DNA from: an uncultured Bacilli bacterium
Lineage (GTDB): Bacteria > Bacillota_I > Bacilli_A > RF39 > UBA660
NCBI GenBank assembly: GCA_934101495.1
Contig: CAKORG010000004.1
Coordinates: 1 to 62,364 of the forward strand
Length of the DNA: 62,364 bases
Direction of reading: 5' to 3'
Position numbers and translations under genes: made by a program. Positions 54,100 to 62,364 of the stretch are shown here, one piece after another; positions within the stretch are counted from its first letter, which is position 1, and each line of letters starts with the position of its first letter. The notes beneath the pieces were generated by a model. The model worked only from the letters and a program-made list of their open reading frames with translations, did no database searches and was not told the DNA's origin.

Positions 54100-54179
54100 G
54101 TAAAGCCTCTAATCCTTATGGGGATGGTCATGCAAGTGAAAGAATAGTTGATGCAATAATAAAATATTTTAATAAATAA
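54075..54179 (+). pseudogene. Orphan 3'-terminal fragment of a UDP-GlcNAc 2-epimerase gene (direct repeat copy 2)
   Basis: It reads [34 protein letters not shown] followed by a stop. This is collinear with the last 34 codons of mnaA (49599-49703). It has no start codon and no upstream coding sequence in that frame. Confidence 0.85.
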
Positions 54180-54257
54180 TTTATTAATATTATTTAATTC
54201 TTATTGTATAACTGCATAAAACCTATAAAAATAGAGATACTAAAAATGGTGATGGTT

Positions 54258-55007
54258 ATGCCAAATATACATTCTAGTATCTCTTTTGCTTTAGTAAATA
54301 TTCCTGTTTTATTGAGCCCAATTATTAAGAATAATGATACATCATTTAATCAGTTACATAAAAAATGTTTACAAAGGATAAAGTATGTTAAATATTGTCC
54401 TCATTGTAAAAAAGATGTTAAAGAAAATGATATTGTTAAAGGTTTTGAGTTTGAAAGAAATAGTTATTTAGTATTTAGTAAGGCAGAACTTGATAATTTA
54501 AAGCCTGATAAAGATAAAGAAATTGAAGTTATATCTTTTATAAAAGAGACAAGTGTACCTCCTTGGTATTTTGAAAAAAGTTATTTTTTGAATACTGAAA
54601 AGAAATCTAAAGCTTATAATTTATTTTATGAGGCACTTAAGAAAACTAAAAGAGTAGCTTTAGTTAAAACAGTAATTGGACCTAAGTTTTATTATGGAAT
54701 TTTGAAACCTTTACCAAATGGTATAATTCTTACAACTTTATACTTTGAAGAAGAGGTTAGAATACCTGATAAAAATATGGAGGTTAAAGTAACAAATAAA
54801 GAGTTAGATTTAGCTGTTAAACTTATAGAGAGTATGGATGGGGAATTTAAGCCTCATGAATATAAAGATGAATATCAAGAAACATTGAAGAAAGCTATTG
54901 ATGATAAATTAGATGGTAAAAAGATTACAAAAACTAAAAGTACAAATAAGAAGCAAATTAATGATTTAATGAAAGCATTGGAAAAAAGTTTGAAGGAGAA
55001 AAAATGA
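54258..55007 (+). CDS. ku: Non-homologous end-joining protein Ku
   Basis: SSISFALVNIPVLLSPIIKNNDTSFNQLHKKCLQRIKYVKYCPHCKKDV..DIVKGFEF matches the bacterial Ku N-terminus. I chose the third ATG (54258), 5 nt after GGTGA. The starts at 54246 and 54252 cannot be excluded. Confidence 0.85.
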   Translation: MPNIHSSISFALVNIPVLLSPIIKNNDTSFNQLHKKCLQRIKYVKYCPHCKKDVKENDIVKGFEFERNSYLVFSKAELDNLKPDKDKEIEVISFIKETSVPPWYFEKSYFLNTEKKSKAYNLFYEALKKTKRVALVKTVIGPKFYYGILKPLPNGIILTTLYFEEEVRIPDKNMEVKVTNKELDLAVKLIESMDGEFKPHEYKDEYQETLKKAIDDKLDGKKITKTKSTNKKQINDLMKALEKSLKEKK

Positions 55008-55879
55008 GTCTTTTAAATGAAAAGTTTACACCGATGCTTCTTGGTGAAGTAAATAAACCATTTGATGATGATGAATATATTTATGAAATAAAGTATGATG
55101 GCATTAGAAGTTTAGTTTTTGTAAATAATGGTAAAGTGGTAGTAAAAAATAGATATGGTGTTGATATAACTGAGATGTTTCCTGAAATTAAAGTATTAAG
55201 TAAGTATTTTAAGAAGGATGTTATCTTTGATGGTGAAATAATTATGTTTGAAAATGGTAATGTATCTTTTTCAAAACTTCAAAAAAGAATACATTTGAAA
55301 AATAAGAAAACTATTGATTATTTAAGTAAAACTAATCCAGTAGTATTTGTTTGTTTTGATATTTTGTATGATGGCATTGATTTAATAAATTTAAGTCTTG
55401 ATAAGAGAAAAGAAATACTTGAAAAATGTGAAGATAATGATGTATTTATAAAGAGTAAGTATGTTAAAAAAAGTGGTAAAAAATTATTTAATATTATTAA
55501 AAGAATGAATATGGAAGGAGTTGTTGCTAAGAAAATAAATAGTAAATATCAAATAAATACAAGAAGTGAAGACTGGCTTAAGATAAAAAATTATCAAAAA
55601 GGGGAGTTTATTGTATTAGGTTATATAAATAAAGAAAATAGTTATGTGATAAGTTTGATTTTGGGGGAACATATTAAAGGTAAATTAAAATATGTTGGAA
55701 AAGTAAGTTTAGGTAAGAAAAGAAGTCTTGCAAATAAAATAATGAATATGAAAAGTATTAAGCCAATTTTAGAAATAAAGGAGAAAGATATTGTGTATAT
55801 AATGCCTGAAATTAAATGTGAAGTTAAGTATTTAGAAAGAACTAATAATGGGGCTTTAAGACAACCTTTTGTACCTTAA
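55004..55879 (+). CDS. ligD: ATP-dependent DNA ligase, ligase-domain-only LigD type
   Basis: PMLLGEVNKPFDDDEYIYEIKYDGIRS contains the KxDG adenylation motif. FDGEII, VCFDILY, EGVVAKK and WLKIKN are also present. It is only 291 aa, with no primase-polymerase or phosphoesterase domain. Confidence 0.85.
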   Translation: MSLLNEKFTPMLLGEVNKPFDDDEYIYEIKYDGIRSLVFVNNGKVVVKNRYGVDITEMFPEIKVLSKYFKKDVIFDGEIIMFENGNVSFSKLQKRIHLKNKKTIDYLSKTNPVVFVCFDILYDGIDLINLSLDKRKEILEKCEDNDVFIKSKYVKKSGKKLFNIIKRMNMEGVVAKKINSKYQINTRSEDWLKIKNYQKGEFIVLGYINKENSYVISLILGEHIKGKLKYVGKVSLGKKRSLANKIMNMKSIKPILEIKEKDIVYIMPEIKCEVKYLERTNNGALRQPFVP

Positions 55880-56030
55880 ATTGTCAAAATCTTGTAAAAT
55901 CTAAAAAAAATTAGCTAAAATATAAAAAATATTGCAAAATTTTCTTGATTTTACCTAGATTTTCTGATAGTCTTAATATGTAAGGACAATGTTCCTACGA
56001 AATATTTTAGATAATTGGGAGGTAATTATT

Positions 56031-56303
56031 ATGTCTAAAACAGAATTAGTAGAATTAATTGCAAAAGAAGCTGGACTTTCTAAAGCTGATGCTGCTCGTG
56101 CACTTGATGCTACAATCGCAGGTATTACTGCTGGATTAAAGAAAGATGGAAAGGTTGCTTTAGTTGGATTTGGTACATTCACTGCTAAAACAAGAGCTGC
56201 AAGAGAAGGTATTAACCCACTTACTAAAGAAGCTATCAAAATTCCTGCTAAGACAGTTGCTTCATTTAAAGCTGGAAGCAAATTAAAAGACGCTTTAAAT
56301 TAG
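56031..56303 (+). CDS. hup: Nucleoid protein HU
   Basis: An ATG at 56031 follows GGGAGG. MSKTELVELIAKEAGLSKADAARALDA...GFGTFTAKTRAAREGINPLTKEAIKIPA is a canonical HU sequence of 90 aa. Confidence 0.95.
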   Translation: MSKTELVELIAKEAGLSKADAARALDATIAGITAGLKKDGKVALVGFGTFTAKTRAAREGINPLTKEAIKIPAKTVASFKAGSKLKDALN

Positions 56304-56312
56304 TAAAAAAGT

Positions 56313-56345
56313 GAAAAGTTGATTAAATTCAACTTTTTTTTCTGT
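56313..56345 (+). terminator. Intrinsic terminator after hup
   Basis: GAAAAGTTGA (56313-56322) pairs with TCAACTTTTT (56329-56338). The pairing runs into a T-run. Confidence 0.7.
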
Positions 56346-56385
56346 CTAAATTGGGTTATAATATATATGGAAACGAGGCGTTAAA

Positions 56386-57429
56386 ATGAAAAAAAGACTT
56401 ATTGTGTTATTAGGATTTGGAATAACTTTGATGATTGTACCATTTTTAATTAATACATATTCTATTTTTAGAATAATTAGTTTAGTGGTAGGCATTATTT
56501 TAATAACTGTGAGTCTTTGTTTAAAGAAGAAAAGAAATATATTTTATATTATCTTAGTGCCTCTGATTATGCTTGTGTTTAGCTATGGAATTGATACATT
56601 GTTATTTTATACACTTAAAAGAGTACCAGTATTTAGTTATGCTATTAAAAGTAGTGATAAAGTAAAAACTTATAATAGTTTCTTTTATAGAGTATTTGAT
56701 TGTAATGGAAATTTAACTTTAGATTATGGTTATACTAAAAATTATGTTTGTAGTAATAATTATCTTGATGCTATCAATATAAATAGTTTTATGCAAGATG
56801 CTGAGGAATCTTTTAAAAAGTATCATCATAAATTTATACATGTTTATGGTAAAATAAGTAAAATTACTGGTAATGAAAATATTGAACTAGCATCATTTAC
56901 AGAAAGTGATAGTACATTAAATGGATATGTTAATTTTAATTTGAATAATATTTTAATTGTAAATACTGAGGAAAATTTAAGTAAATATAGAATTTATGAT
57001 TATGTGGATGTTTATGGAAAAGTAACTAGTATAAATGATGGTAAAATAACTTTAACTAATACAAAGCTTGTAGCAAGTAATATTTATGATACTTATAGTT
57101 TTGAAATAATAGCTAGTGATGATAATAAATTAACTAATTTAGTTAAAGAAAAAGATTATTACTATTATGGTTTAAATACTATAAATGTTAAATATGATGG
57201 TAATAATATTTATGAACTTAGTTATCTTTTAACTGATGATAGATTTAAATTTGATGATTTAATTAAAGATAAAGAATATGAAGTATTTAAAAATGAAGAA
57301 GATTTAGAAGTTGCTAAGAAATATAAGTTAGAAAAGTTTGATTTGTTAGAATGCTCAAATGGTAAAAAAATTGTGGCTAATTCTAAAAGCAAAGCTAATC
57401 AAAGTATTTGTGATTTAGAAATAGACTAA
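56386..57429 (+). CDS. Hypothetical membrane-anchored protein (347 aa)
   Basis: Three N-terminal TM helices are followed by a soluble Y/N/K-rich domain. I recognise no motif. Confidence 0.55.
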   Translation: MKKRLIVLLGFGITLMIVPFLINTYSIFRIISLVVGIILITVSLCLKKKRNIFYIILVPLIMLVFSYGIDTLLFYTLKRVPVFSYAIKSSDKVKTYNSFFYRVFDCNGNLTLDYGYTKNYVCSNNYLDAININSFMQDAEESFKKYHHKFIHVYGKISKITGNENIELASFTESDSTLNGYVNFNLNNILIVNTEENLSKYRIYDYVDVYGKVTSINDGKITLTNTKLVASNIYDTYSFEIIASDDNKLTNLVKEKDYYYYGLNTINVKYDGNNIYELSYLLTDDRFKFDDLIKDKEYEVFKNEEDLEVAKKYKLEKFDLLECSNGKKIVANSKSKANQSICDLEID

Positions 57430-57450
57430 GTGGCTAAAACTTTTTAATAA

Positions 57451-57486
57451 AACTTGCACAAAACAATTGACTAAGTGCAAGTTTTT
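57451..57486 (+). terminator. Intrinsic terminator
   Basis: AACTTGCAC (57451-57459) pairs with GTGCAAGTT (57475-57483). TTTTAT follows. Confidence 0.6.
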
Positions 57487-57521
57487 ATTGTATAATGATT
57501 TTATAGCGAGAAAAGGGGAAA

Positions 57522-58127
57522 GTGCCTTTGGAACATTATTTTACAAACAATACAAATTTAAAAAGTGAGATAAGAACACTTACTTATAGTTATGAAAATA
57601 CACCATTTGAGTTTTTTAGTGACAATGGCGTTTTTGCTAAAAATAAAATAGATTATGCATCAAAGTTATTAATTGCAACTTTTATAGAAAATCATAAAAA
57701 AATTGAAAAGAACAGTACACTTTTGGATGTTGGATGTGGTTATGGTTTTTTAGGAATAGTTGCAAGCAAGATATTAAATATGAATGTTGAATTAATTGAT
57801 ATAAATAAAAGAGCACTTCATTTATGTGAAAGAAATATTAAATTAAATGAAGTAAATGGAAAAGCTTACGAAAGTAATCTTTATGAATGTGTAAAAAATA
57901 AATATGAATATATAATTACTAATCCACCGATTAGGGCAGGTAAAAATACTGTGTTAGAAATATTGAAAGGAGCTAAAAATCATCTTTTAGATAATGGCGA
58001 ATTATGGTTTGTCATAAATAAAGACCAAGGTGCTAAATCGACTGAAAAACTCTTAAAAGAGTGTTATAGTGTTGAAGTTTTGGCAAAAAGTAAAGGTTTT
58101 TATGTTTTTAGAGCAAAAATTAATTGA
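57522..58127 (+). CDS. Small class-I SAM-dependent methyltransferase (RsmC/YbxB-like, MTS domain)
   Basis: The start is a GTG after AAGGGGAAA. LLDVGCGYGFLG is the SAM motif I and ITNPPIRAGK is an NPP(F/I) motif. The position immediately upstream of rpoB matches B. subtilis ybxB. Confidence 0.75.
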   Translation: MPLEHYFTNNTNLKSEIRTLTYSYENTPFEFFSDNGVFAKNKIDYASKLLIATFIENHKKIEKNSTLLDVGCGYGFLGIVASKILNMNVELIDINKRALHLCERNIKLNEVNGKAYESNLYECVKNKYEYIITNPPIRAGKNTVLEILKGAKNHLLDNGELWFVINKDQGAKSTEKLLKECYSVEVLAKSKGFYVFRAKIN

Positions 58128-58232
58128 CAAATTAACGTTTTAGCTTTACAATTTTAAATTGGTGGCGTATTTATTTTTTAAATAAAAACGAAGAAAAAAA
58201 TAGTCTTAAAAAATTGTGTATGGGGTGATATC

Positions 58233-61200
58233 GTGGCTTATAAAGTTAAAAAATTTGGTGACTATCGTGAAAGAAGAAGTTTTTCGAAGACGAAAAACGT
58301 TTTAGAGTTGAATGATTTATTGGAAATTCAAAAGAAATCATATAAAGAATTTCTAGAAACGGGTATTAAAGAAATATTTGATGACTTATTCCCAGTTGAA
58401 AGCTTTACTGGTAATATTTCACTAGAATTTGGTGATTATTATTTTGATGAACCAAGATATTCAATCAAAGAAGCAAAAGAAAGAATGGTAAATTATGCCG
58501 CTCCATTAAAGGTTGAAGCACGTCTTTTTATTCATGAAACTGGTGAAGTAAAAGAACAAACAATCTTTTTAGGAGACATGCCACTTATGACAGATGCTGG
58601 AACATTTATCATAAATGGAGCAGAACGTGTAATTGTATCACAATTAGTTCGTAGTCCAAGTGTATATTTCAAAAAAGAAATAGATAAAAATGGAAGACAT
58701 ATTATTAGTGGTGAACTAATTCCTAATAAGGGTACTTGGCTAGAATATGAAACAGATGCTAGAGATGTTTTATATGTTAGAATTGATAGAACTAGAAAGG
58801 TTACTGTTACAACATTCTTAAGAGCTTTAGGTTTATCTAGCGATGAAGATATTATAAGTGTATTTGGTGATAATGAATATATTAAAAATACATTAGAAAA
58901 AGATTCAACTAATAATACTGATGAAGCTTTACTAGAAATTTATGAAAAGTTAAGACCTGGAGAACCAGCAACACTTGATTCATCAAAGAACCAATTAATT
59001 ACAAGATTCTTTGATAGATTCCGTTATGATTTAGCTAAAGTTGGTCGTTATAAATTTAATAAAAAATTAAATGTATTAGATAGACTTGAAGGATTAACAC
59101 TAGCTGAAAGTTTAATTGATGGTAAAAAGACACTTGCTAAAGCTGGTGATGTTTTAACAAAAGAATTATTAGAAGAATTAAAACCTTATTTTGCAAATGG
59201 TTTAAATATTAAAGATATTTTAATTAATGAAGAACTAGATGATTATAAAACTGTTCAAGTTGTTAAAGTTGTGGATCCAATGGATGAAAAGAAAACTATC
59301 AATATTATTGGTGTAGATCAAAGTGTTGATATTAAACGTTTAACTATTCCTGATGTTTATGCATCTTTAAGTTATTATATTGGTTTACATGAAAATATTG
59401 GTTCTGATGATGAAATTGATAACTTAGGAAATCGTCGTGTTCGTCAAGTTGGTGAACTTGTTCAAAATCAATTTAGAATAGGTATGGCTAGAATGGAAAG
59501 AGTTATTCGTGAAAGAATGACTACTCAAGAACTAGATACTGTAACACCTAAAACATTAATTAATATTAGGCCTGTTACAGCAGCATTAAAAGAATTCTTT
59601 GGTTCTTCACAATTATCAAAATTTATGGATCAAATTAACCCAATAGCAGAACTTACTGATAAAAGACGTTTGTCAAGTCTTGGACCTGGAGGTCTTTCTC
59701 GTGAACGTGCTGGTATGGATGTTCGTGACGTTAATGCATCACACTATGGTCGTATTTGTCCGATTGAATCACCAGAAGGACAAAACATTGGTCTTATTAC
59801 ATCACTTGCAGGTTATGCTAAGATTAATGATTATGGATTTATAATGACTCCATATCATAAAGTTGTTGATGGTGTTGTTACTGATGAAGTTGTTTATTTA
59901 ACTGCTGATGAAGAAAAAGGTCATGCAATTAGTCAAGCTGCAGTAAAACTTGATGATAATGATAGAATTATAGATGATGAAGTAGTAGCTCGTTTTAATG
60001 GGGATACTATTTATGTAAAACGTGAAAAGATTGATTATGTCGATGTTGCTCCAAGTCAAGTTGTAGCAATTACAACAAGTTGTATTCCATTTTTGGAATT
60101 CGATGATGCTCATAGAACTTTGATGGGTGCTAACATGCAACGTCAAGCAGTTCCACTACTTACTTGTGAAGCTCCAATTGTTGGTACTGGTGTTGAATGT
60201 ATTGCAGCAAGAGATTCTGGTTCAACTATTGTAGCTAAAGCAGATGGTGTAGTTGAATATGCCGATGGCTTAAAAATTATAGTTAAAACAGCTGGTGGTA
60301 AAGATACATATCATTTAGCAAACTATGAAAGAAGTAATGCATCAAGTTGTATTAACCATCATCCAATTGTTAAAGCTGGTGATGCGATTAAACGTGGTCA
60401 AGTTATTGCTGATGGTCCATCTACTGATATGGGTGAACTAGCACTTGGTAAAAACTTAACTGTTGCATTCATGACATTTGAAGGTTATAACTACGAAGAT
60501 GCTGTTATATTAAACGAAAGATTAGTAAAGGATGATGTTTATACATCACTTCATATATCACATTACGATATTGATTGTCGTGATACTAAATTAGGGCCAG
60601 AAGAAATTACAAGAGATATTCCAAATGTTGGGGAAGATGCTCGTAAGAATCTAGATAAAAATGGTATTGTAAGAATTGGTACTGAAGTTAGAGATGGTGA
60701 TATTCTAGTTGGTAAAGTAACACCAAAAGGAATGCAAGAACTTACTTCTGAAGAAAAATTATTACATGCTATATTTGGTGAAAAGACTCGTGAAGTTAGA
60801 GATACATCACTACGTGTAGAACACGGTGCTGGTGGTATTGTTCATGATGTTAAAGTTTATACTAAAGAAAATAGTGATGAATTACCTGCTGGGGTATCAA
60901 AAATTATAAGAGTATATATTATTCAAAAACGTAAAATTCAAGTTGGGGATAAAATGTCAGGTCGTCATGGTAATAAAGGGGTTATTTCTCTTATACTTCC
61001 AGAAGAAGATATGCCATTTTTACCAAATGGTAAACCAGTAGATGTAATGCTTAATCCACTTGGGGTTCCATCTCGTATGAATATTGGACAAATCTTAGAA
61101 TTACACTTAGGTATGGCTGGTAAAAAATTAGGTGTTCATTATGCAACTCCAGTATTTGATAGTGCAACTTGGGATGATATTTCTGAAGAAATGAAGGAAG

Positions 61201-61856
61201 CTGGTATGGCTCCAGATGGTAAAGTTGTTTTATATGATGGACGTACTGGTGATGCTTTTGACCATAGAATTAATGTTGGTGTTATGTATATGGTTAAATT
61301 ACATCACATGGTTGATGATAAACTTCATGCTAGAGCAACAGGTCCTTATTCACTTGTTACTCAACAACCTTTAGGTGGTAAAGCTCAATTCGGTGGACAA
61401 CGTTTCGGAGAAATGGAAGTTTGGGCATTATATGCTTATGGTGCATCACATGTCTTACAAGAAATTTTAACTGTTAAAGCCGATGATATTACTGGTCGTG
61501 TTAAAGTTTATGAATCACTAGTTAAAGGCAAAACTATTGACCAAGCTGGTGTTCCTGAAAGTTTCCGTGTTCTAGTTAAAGAATTCCAAGCACTTGCATT
61601 AGATGTTCAAGTAATTGATAATGATAATAACGTTGTTGAATTTAAAGATATTGAAGAAGACGAAGATGATAATGAAGCATTTAGTATTAATGAAATAGAT
61701 GTTACAACTAAAGAACTTAACAAAAATAATGAAATAGAAGATGATCTTGGTGATTTTGAAGATGATGATTTCGAAGATGAAGAAAATTTAGATGATTTAG
61801 AGTTTCCAGGTGATATCGAAGATGATATTCAAGATGATGGGGAAGGTGAAGAATAA
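58233..61856 (+). CDS. rpoB: DNA-directed RNA polymerase beta subunit
   Basis: The start is a GTG after [49 protein letters not shown] and [13 protein letters not shown] are present. The length is 1207 aa, including an acidic tail of about 80 aa. Confidence 0.98.
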   Translation: MAYKVKKFGDYRERRSFSKTKNVLELNDLLEIQKKSYKEFLETGIKEIFDDLFPVESFTGNISLEFGDYYFDEPRYSIKEAKERMVNYAAPLKVEARLFIHETGEVKEQTIFLGDMPLMTDAGTFIINGAERVIVSQLVRSPSVYFKKEIDKNGRHIISGELIPNKGTWLEYETDARDVLYVRIDRTRKVTVTTFLRALGLSSDEDIISVFGDNEYIKNTLEKDSTNNTDEALLEIYEKLRPGEPATLDSSKNQLITRFFDRFRYDLAKVGRYKFNKKLNVLDRLEGLTLAESLIDGKKTLAKAGDVLTKELLEELKPYFANGLNIKDILINEELDDYKTVQVVKVVDPMDEKKTINIIGVDQSVDIKRLTIPDVYASLSYYIGLHENIGSDDEIDNLGNRRVRQVGELVQNQFRIGMARMERVIRERMTTQELDTVTPKTLINIRPVTAALKEFFGSSQLSKFMDQINPIAELTDKRRLSSLGPGGLSRERAGMDVRDVNASHYGRICPIESPEGQNIGLITSLAGYAKINDYGFIMTPYHKVVDGVVTDEVVYLTADEEKGHAISQAAVKLDDNDRIIDDEVVARFNGDTIYVKREKIDYVDVAPSQVVAITTSCIPFLEFDDAHRTLMGANMQRQAVPLLTCEAPIVGTGVECIAARDSGSTIVAKADGVVEYADGLKIIVKTAGGKDTYHLANYERSNASSCINHHPIVKAGDAIKRGQVIADGPSTDMGELALGKNLTVAFMTFEGYNYEDAVILNERLVKDDVYTSLHISHYDIDCRDTKLGPEEITRDIPNVGEDARKNLDKNGIVRIGTEVRDGDILVGKVTPKGMQELTSEEKLLHAIFGEKTREVRDTSLRVEHGAGGIVHDVKVYTKENSDELPAGVSKIIRVYIIQKRKIQVGDKMSGRHGNKGVISLILPEEDMPFLPNGKPVDVMLNPLGVPSRMNIGQILELHLGMAGKKLGVHYATPVFDSATWDDISEEMKEAGMAPDGKVVLYDGRTGDAFDHRINVGVMYMVKLHHMVDDKLHARATGPYSLVTQQPLGGKAQFGGQRFGEMEVWALYAYGASHVLQEILTVKADDITGRVKVYESLVKGKTIDQAGVPESFRVLVKEFQALALDVQVIDNDNNVVEFKDIEEDEDDNEAFSINEIDVTTKELNKNNEIEDDLGDFEDDDFEDEENLDDLEFPGDIEDDIQDDGEGEE

Positions 61857-62364
61857 TGATAGATGTTAGTAAATTTAAAGGTATTAAGGTTAGTATTGCA
61901 TCACCAGAAAAGATACGTGCATGGTCTTATGGTGAAGTTAAAAAACCTGAAACTATAAACTATCGTACCCTTAAACCTGAAAGAGATGGCTTATTCTGTG
62001 AAAAGATATTTGGACCAACAAAAGACTTTGAATGTTCATGTGGTAAATATAAAAGATTAAGATATAAAAATATCATATGTGATCGTTGCGGTGTTGAAGT
62101 AACTCGTTCAAAGGTAAGAAGAGAAAGAATGGGGCACATTGAACTTGCTGCTCCTTGTTCTCACATTTGGTTCTTTAAAGGTGTTCCTTCTAAAATGGGA
62201 CTTGTCCTAGATATGTCACCTAGGGACCTTGAAGAAGTACTATATTTCGTAAGTTATGTAGTTATTGATCCAGGTGCAGCACCACTAGAAGTTAAACAAA
62301 CTTTATCTGATAAAGAATATCGTGCTTATTATGAAAAGTATGGAAATACTTTCAAAGTAGGTAT
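61856..62364 (+). CDS. rpoC: DNA-directed RNA polymerase beta' subunit, N-terminal part (3' end outside the window)
   Basis: The ATG overlaps the rpoB TAA (TAATG). The frame reads [77 protein letters not shown] and stays open to the end of the window. Confidence 0.95.
   Translation, partial: MIDVSKFKGIKVSIASPEKIRAWSYGEVKKPETINYRTLKPERDGLFCEKIFGPTKDFECSCGKYKRLRYKNIICDRCGVEVTRSKVRRERMGHIELAAPCSHIWFFKGVPSKMGLVLDMSPRDLEEVLYFVSYVVIDPGAAPLEVKQTLSDKEYRAYYEKYGNTFKVG

Noticed and set aside
61614-61853. 80-residue highly acidic C-terminal tail of RpoB (D/E-rich)
   Set aside because: As I recall, acidic C-terminal extensions of the beta subunit also occur in Bacillus-type RpoB. This is probably a lineage feature rather than something new. 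I did not verify this by alignment.
1-62364. Possibility that the organism uses genetic code 4 (TGA=Trp), prompted by the two TGA codons in the hydrolase at 8113-8868
   Set aside because: TGA ends many well-supported genes with coupled ATGA restarts (3278, 37516, 42938, 48597, 55004). The conserved proteins I checked most closely (RecA, SpoVAD) show no internal TGA. The host therefore uses code 11.
1-62364. CRISPR arrays, rRNA genes, IS elements, transposases and integrases
   Set aside because: I found no regularly spaced direct repeats of CRISPR type. I also found no rRNA-like sequence and no ORF with DDE, tyrosine-recombinase or serine-recombinase motifs. The repeats I did find are coding-domain repeats, the mnaA-end duplication and short operator-like motifs.

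Overview
This is a 62.4-kb window of very AT-rich chromosome. Hand counts give roughly 27-28% GC. It appears to come from an endospore-forming Bacillota: spoIIAA/sigF-like genes, spoVAC-AD-AE, Ku plus an ATP-dependent ligase, and a Bacilli-type ezrA / cysteine desulfurase / thiI block are all present. TGA is clearly a stop codon here (ATGA stop/start overlaps at 3278, 37516, 42938, 48597, 55004), so the genetic code is 11.

Layout:
- (a) nt 1-10300: an accessory, partly decayed region lying 3' of a tRNA-Gly. It holds a helicase with four HA repeats (truncated by the window edge), a translationally coupled pair of unknown protein plus HExxH gluzincin-like protein, and a transglutaminase-like protein behind a promoter-plus-terminator leader. 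It also holds a minus-strand operon with an interrupted gene, an alpha/beta hydrolase broken only by two TGA codons, two paralogous small genes and a frameshifted gene. No integrase or transposase is visible.
- (b) nt 10.5-20.8 kb: cell-envelope genes. These are an LtaS-family synthase, an LCP ligase, a SipW-type-signal secreted protein, and a dockerin-bearing putative glucosaminidase next to a cohesin-bearing membrane protein. The block ends at a tRNA-Leu.
- (c) nt 21-25 kb: a spoIIAA-like gene directly followed by a sigF-like gene with no spoIIAB between them, then spoVAC/AD/AE and recA.
- (d) nt 25-33 kb: def, and glmS with its ribozyme, on the minus strand. Then a DUF308-like gene, ezrA, a cysteine desulfurase and thiI.
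- (e) nt 33.8-35.5 kb: an orphan, divergent FtsK-like ATPase.
- (f) nt 35.6-54.1 kb: a large teichoic-acid / secondary-polymer locus. It contains tagO, tarI, tarJ, a TagF-like enzyme, a Wzx-like flippase, a Wzy-like protein, a GT4 enzyme, a TagA-deacetylase fusion, a GtrA fusion, a GtrB-like GT2 enzyme and mnaA. It also contains a dlt-like A-C-B-D cassette bracketed by a 105-bp duplication of the mnaA 3' end.
- (g) nt 54.2-62.4 kb: ku, a ligase-only ligD, hup, a membrane protein, a small methyltransferase, rpoB and the start of rpoC.

No CRISPR array, rRNA gene or recognisable IS element is present.

All calls come from reading the sequence and the ORF translations by eye. No database search was run, so family names are motif-based recognitions, not hits.
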